Shown here: positions 60,402-64,000 of the stretch, piece by piece
Layout: every line of letters begins with the position of its first letter
Position numbering within the stretch: position 1 is the stretch's first letter
Assembly (NCBI GenBank): GCA_001599295.1
Contig: BCGN01000004.1
Location: 562,138 to 626,137, forward strand
Direction of reading: 5' to 3'
DNA length: 64,000 bases
Origin: Sporopachydermia quercuum
Lineage: Eukaryota
Made by a program: the position numbers and the translations under genes
The notes under the pieces: model-generated
Seen by the model: the letters and a program-made list of their open reading frames with translations, nothing else
Databases searched by the model: none
Told to the model about the DNA's origin: nothing

Positions 60402-61016
60402 TCAGGTTTCTGCATTATCCCGTTGTTCTTTTTGCGCAACTGACAATAACCATTCGAGGACCTGCCCCATATTATCACCATTCTTTACAGAGATAGAGAA
60501 GCAAGAAATTTGCCTCGGAGTCTGAGTTTCTGCTTCCATTTCTATTATTTCATCAAGTTTCATCGCGTCTATTATACCCACTGTGTTCTTACAGACACAA
60601 GCATCTTCTAAATCATTCTTGTTAGCCAGAACCAATGTAGGTATACCTGCTAAGGACGGTTTAGATAATATATTTTGAAGTTCCTTTTGAGCAACAGGAA
60701 TCAAAATAGGATCTGAAGCATCAAATACAAACACTATTACATTTGAGCTCCTACAATACAGTTCCCATAGCTTGCGAAAACGGGTTTGACCTCCCATATC
60801 CCAACAGCGAACCAATAGATTGTTTATTTTCAGAGTTTGCATTTGATACCCAATTGTAGGAATTGAATTCTCTTCAAACGGCTGACCTGTGATAGCGTTT
60901 AGGAGAGACGTCTTTCCAGCATTTTGAAGACCTATTATAGTCAACTCAAGTTCATAATGCCATATCAGTGAAATCAAATATTGCCAGACTCTGCTGAAGA
61001 AATCTGCCCAGATCAT
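60402..61016 (-). CDS. ARL8: Arf-like small GTPase, Arl8 subfamily
   Basis: N-terminal amphipathic helix without Gly2, ELELTIIGLQNAGKTS, IPTIGY, WDMGGQTRFRKLWELYCR, LVLANKNDL, SCFSISVK. Confidence 0.85.
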   Translation of the reverse strand: MIWADFFSRVWQYLISLIWHYELELTIIGLQNAGKTSLLNAITGQPFEENSIPTIGYQMQTLKINNLLVRCWDMGGQTRFRKLWELYCRSSNVIVFVFDASDPILIPVAQKELQNILSKPSLAGIPTLVLANKNDLEDACVCKNTVGIIDAMKLDEIIEMEAETQTPRQISCFSISVKNGDNMGQVLEWLLSVAQKEQRDNAET

Positions 61017-62625
61017 TGATATCTCAAGATCACAGAATCAATCAATACGTTTTCTCTAAAGTATTTCGAACTGCTGTTTTGATGAATGATTCTTGATTAG
61101 TTTTAGAGCTTATTTGATATTATCGTTCTCAGAAACAATAACATCAGAAACAATTAGGTCATCAATTATCTATCTACCCAAGTGATATTAGACAGGCAGT
61201 TCCTAACTATTATTTTGGAAATCCTTATCGAACGTAACGTAATGGTCTTCAACTATTAATACCCGTTAGTATCCAACTATGTCCCATACAATTCCCGTCG
61301 AACCATAGGAAATAACTAAGCTTGTCCTCTGCATTATATCATTGAGGTAGCATTCACTCCGATCAGTAATGAGATGGAGTTTATAAACAATAGCGTAATC
61401 AATAATCTCTGACGCAGGCTCCTCAATATATGCAGATTACTGCTTATTACGCGGATGAACTTTAATTGTTCGTAGTCAGCTGCTGATGAGCCTGGGTGAG
61501 AGCATAGCTCGAGTTCTCGCCTAAATCAAGATATCTAGTTTTTTTTTCTTCCTTCTTTTTCTTTTTTTTTTTGAGAAATTCTGTTTCCCGTTTTGAGTAT
61601 GCATAAACTACAAGATCTAGAAATAGTAGTAACGTAAATCAGCATTGATAGTGTCTTCTTGTGCAAGTCAACCTCCGTCACAACATTATAACGTGACATT
61701 GAACAGCATACGAAATAGTCCTCTAAGGAAATCAGGAATAGCTAGATAGGTATATCAACCATTCAATTCACATTACAGACATAAAGCTTATTTACAGTAA
61801 AGAACTATTCGTCCTACAGAAGCTATTTAATTTATCTTTCACTTCCCCCTCTAATGCTCTCATTCTCAAATACCTTTGATCGATATGGTAATTCACGCTA
61901 TCAGGAATCACCCTTACAGCAACAAACTATAGTTGTCACATCGTGACATTGTGACATTTTGTCATTCCTAATGACATAGTTCGCCTTGATGTGTTCTTTT
62001 AAATGGTATGTCTGCATATCTCAAGAAACAGTTAGTATGATTCTTTCCTTTTGAATATGCAAATGGAAACTGAAATCAACATGCAGATGGTGAATTGTAA
62101 AAGATTAGTAACGAGGAAAAATAAATTGTCTATTAAAATATTGCAAATAATTGAATCATAATCCCAGTAGCTCAACTTTTAGCATCCCCATTCAGCAATA
62201 ACTGGTAGCAGAGTTTCAATTGTTTTTAAGCTCAACGTTTTGTTTGATAGGGAAAGGATACCACCCGTTGAAGCACTGGAGCTCTGATAACTGACCACCT
62301 AGTAGTACAACGAGATCTACATATATTATTTTTAAGGAATCTAGTAGAGGATTTTGTCTAGTGTTAGTGATTATTAACACACTGATTAAATTTAGAAAAT
62401 ACGAAATTCGTTGGTAGACAGTTTTTAGTTTCATTGCAAGTGGAATCATTAGGTCCATAGTTAGCTCATTGACTTATTATTGTACCAGTTCAAGCATCTT
62501 TTCTTTCTTTGGTACTTAATCAAGACGTGTGATAGAGAAGAAGCTTTACAACTATTGAGAAAACTATTATTGTGATTATTTAGTTGAATACCTGAGTTGA
62601 ACCTGAGAAGAAAGGGTGAACTGCG

Positions 62626-64000
62626 ATGTCCATCTCTTTCCAGATACCAAATTTCGACGCTACAAAGTCTGAAGCATCAAATGACAAAGATGATTCTATT
62701 CTTAGAGCAAACTCATTCAATAGAAGATCACGATTGAGAGATCAAGACGAAGGAAATGTCTCTCAAGAGTCTGATGATGATCATAGTCCTGTAAATGTTG
62801 ATCCAATGGATGATATTGATTATTATCAATCAAGATCAAGTTCTTTCCTCCAGAGACAAAAATCAGCAGAAAAACCATCAAAATTTCAATCAAGAGTATC
62901 ATTTGATACGGTTGATATTGACTATATTGATCCTTCTGATGATGAGGATCCTAGATTTGATTATGACGATCTTGATGACGATGATTTTCTTTATCGTTCA
63001 AGATCACATGAACGATCACTATCGCCGAAAGGTGGTCGCGGCAGTCTTTCATCATTTGAAGGGATGAGTTCATCTCCTTATGCGTCACCAAGAAACTTAT
63101 CCCCTGGTAGTCCTCGTGAAGTTGATAGATTTATCAAAAGCATTTCAAGGAAGGACTATCCTACGAGACCTATTGTAACACATGATGCTTGTACATTAAC
63201 TGTCATGCATCAAGATTTCGATAAACAATTTGAACTTTCAGCAGTAGCTTATAAAGATGACAATTTGAAACACCATGATCATACATACTTTATCAATTCA
63301 GATTATACCTCTCCTAACGAGAAGTCTTTCTATAAAGAAGATATTAATAATCCCCAACCGATTATTGCTAACAGACATCCCGTTCATAATACGGATGATA
63401 CGATCAAAGAAGAATCAAAAAAGGAAACAAGAAATGAAGATTCAATTGACAAGAAAGAAGTAACTGAAGAAGAGCTTGCAAAAGCCATGGAATCTCATAA
63501 TATCAAAACAGTCGTTTATAAGTATTCGCCTTTGTCTCGGATTTTCATGGTCTATATATCAGGTAGAAGACATACGTGGACAGCGTTAGATTACACGGCC
63601 AAGAAACTACTTAGAGACGGGGATGGAATTGTTATTGTTGCTGCTGTGTCACCAGGAGATATCGCGCCACGTAGATATAGCCTTGATTATTTTTCAGGCC
63701 AAGGGAGTAGGAGATCAAGCAGAAGTTTTAGTCGTTCGCTTTCACGGGATCCAAAAAGTAGAAGTCGAAGTATTGGTTCAGTTGGGAGAAGTGTCTCTCG
63801 GGCAAGTGATATGTATCAATTACGGAAAAATGAGAGAGCAGGAAGAGTTAGAAAAACAGCGAAAGACATAGTAGATTATATGTTGCATTTACTTGACGAT
63901 TCATTGAGAGTAGCCATAACAGTCGAAATTGGTGTTGGTTCTACCAATGAAATCTTGAGAGATACTTACAAACTATACCTTCCTTCTCTAATCGTCATTG
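62626..64000 (+). CDS. Fungal universal-stress-protein (UspA-like) domain protein, 3'-partial
   Basis: ATG 62626 opens a frame that runs off the window, so it is absent from the ORF track. Acidic disordered N-terminus with SRVSFDT, then SRIFMVYISGRRHTWTALDY..LLRDGDGIVIVAAV...VAITVEIGVGSTNEILRDTYKLYLPSLIVI, which fits the Usp beta/alpha pattern. Confidence 0.7.
   Translation, partial: MSISFQIPNFDATKSEASNDKDDSILRANSFNRRSRLRDQDEGNVSQESDDDHSPVNVDPMDDIDYYQSRSSSFLQRQKSAEKPSKFQSRVSFDTVDIDYIDPSDDEDPRFDYDDLDDDDFLYRSRSHERSLSPKGGRGSLSSFEGMSSSPYASPRNLSPGSPREVDRFIKSISRKDYPTRPIVTHDACTLTVMHQDFDKQFELSAVAYKDDNLKHHDHTYFINSDYTSPNEKSFYKEDINNPQPIIANRHPVHNTDDTIKEESKKETRNEDSIDKKEVTEEELAKAMESHNIKTVVYKYSPLSRIFMVYISGRRHTWTALDYTAKKLLRDGDGIVIVAAVSPGDIAPRRYSLDYFSGQGSRRSSRSFSRSLSRDPKSRSRSIGSVGRSVSRASDMYQLRKNERAGRVRKTAKDIVDYMLHLLDDSLRVAITVEIGVGSTNEILRDTYKLYLPSLIVI

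Noticed and set aside
61483..61515. CTGATGAG as a hammerhead ribozyme core
   Set aside because: No GAAA after a stem II; the sequence is instead used in the long stem described in findings.

Overview
AT-rich nuclear DNA from an intron-rich budding yeast (Saccharomycotina-like). It uses the standard code: CTG falls at invariant Leu positions. It is a conventional gene-dense chromosome arm with 19 protein-coding genes, two of them cut by the window edges. In order: MedA/DUF7082-like (partial), MIOX, ECM15, RMD1, UTP20, TOS1/PGA52-like, DOT6/TOD6-like Myb, IBA57, RPS5, YAT1-type carnitine acetyltransferase, RIX1, PIS1, NOC4, TPC1, RRP46, VAS1, PRP31, PGI1, ARL8 and a partial Usp-domain gene. I reconstructed 11 spliceosomal introns in 7 genes that the ORF track misses or splits. 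RNA genes are a snR45/U13-type box C/D snoRNA divergent from NOC4 and two identical tRNA-Ala(AGC) genes; two diverged solo-LTR-like repeats lie between the tRNAs. The most notable observations are (1) an intron-split mitochondrial presequence on VAS1 whose retention closes a uORF, a candidate splicing switch for dual localisation, (2) the unannotated snR45, (3) an unassigned strongly structured segment at about 61.4 kb, (4) an 8.4 kb gene-free interval beside genes whose S. cerevisiae orthologs are centromere-adjacent, and (5) tRNA-targeted LTRs carrying Cbf1/CDEI motifs. I did not find a clearly novel multi-gene system. Gene identities come from recognising sequences by eye; no searches were run.
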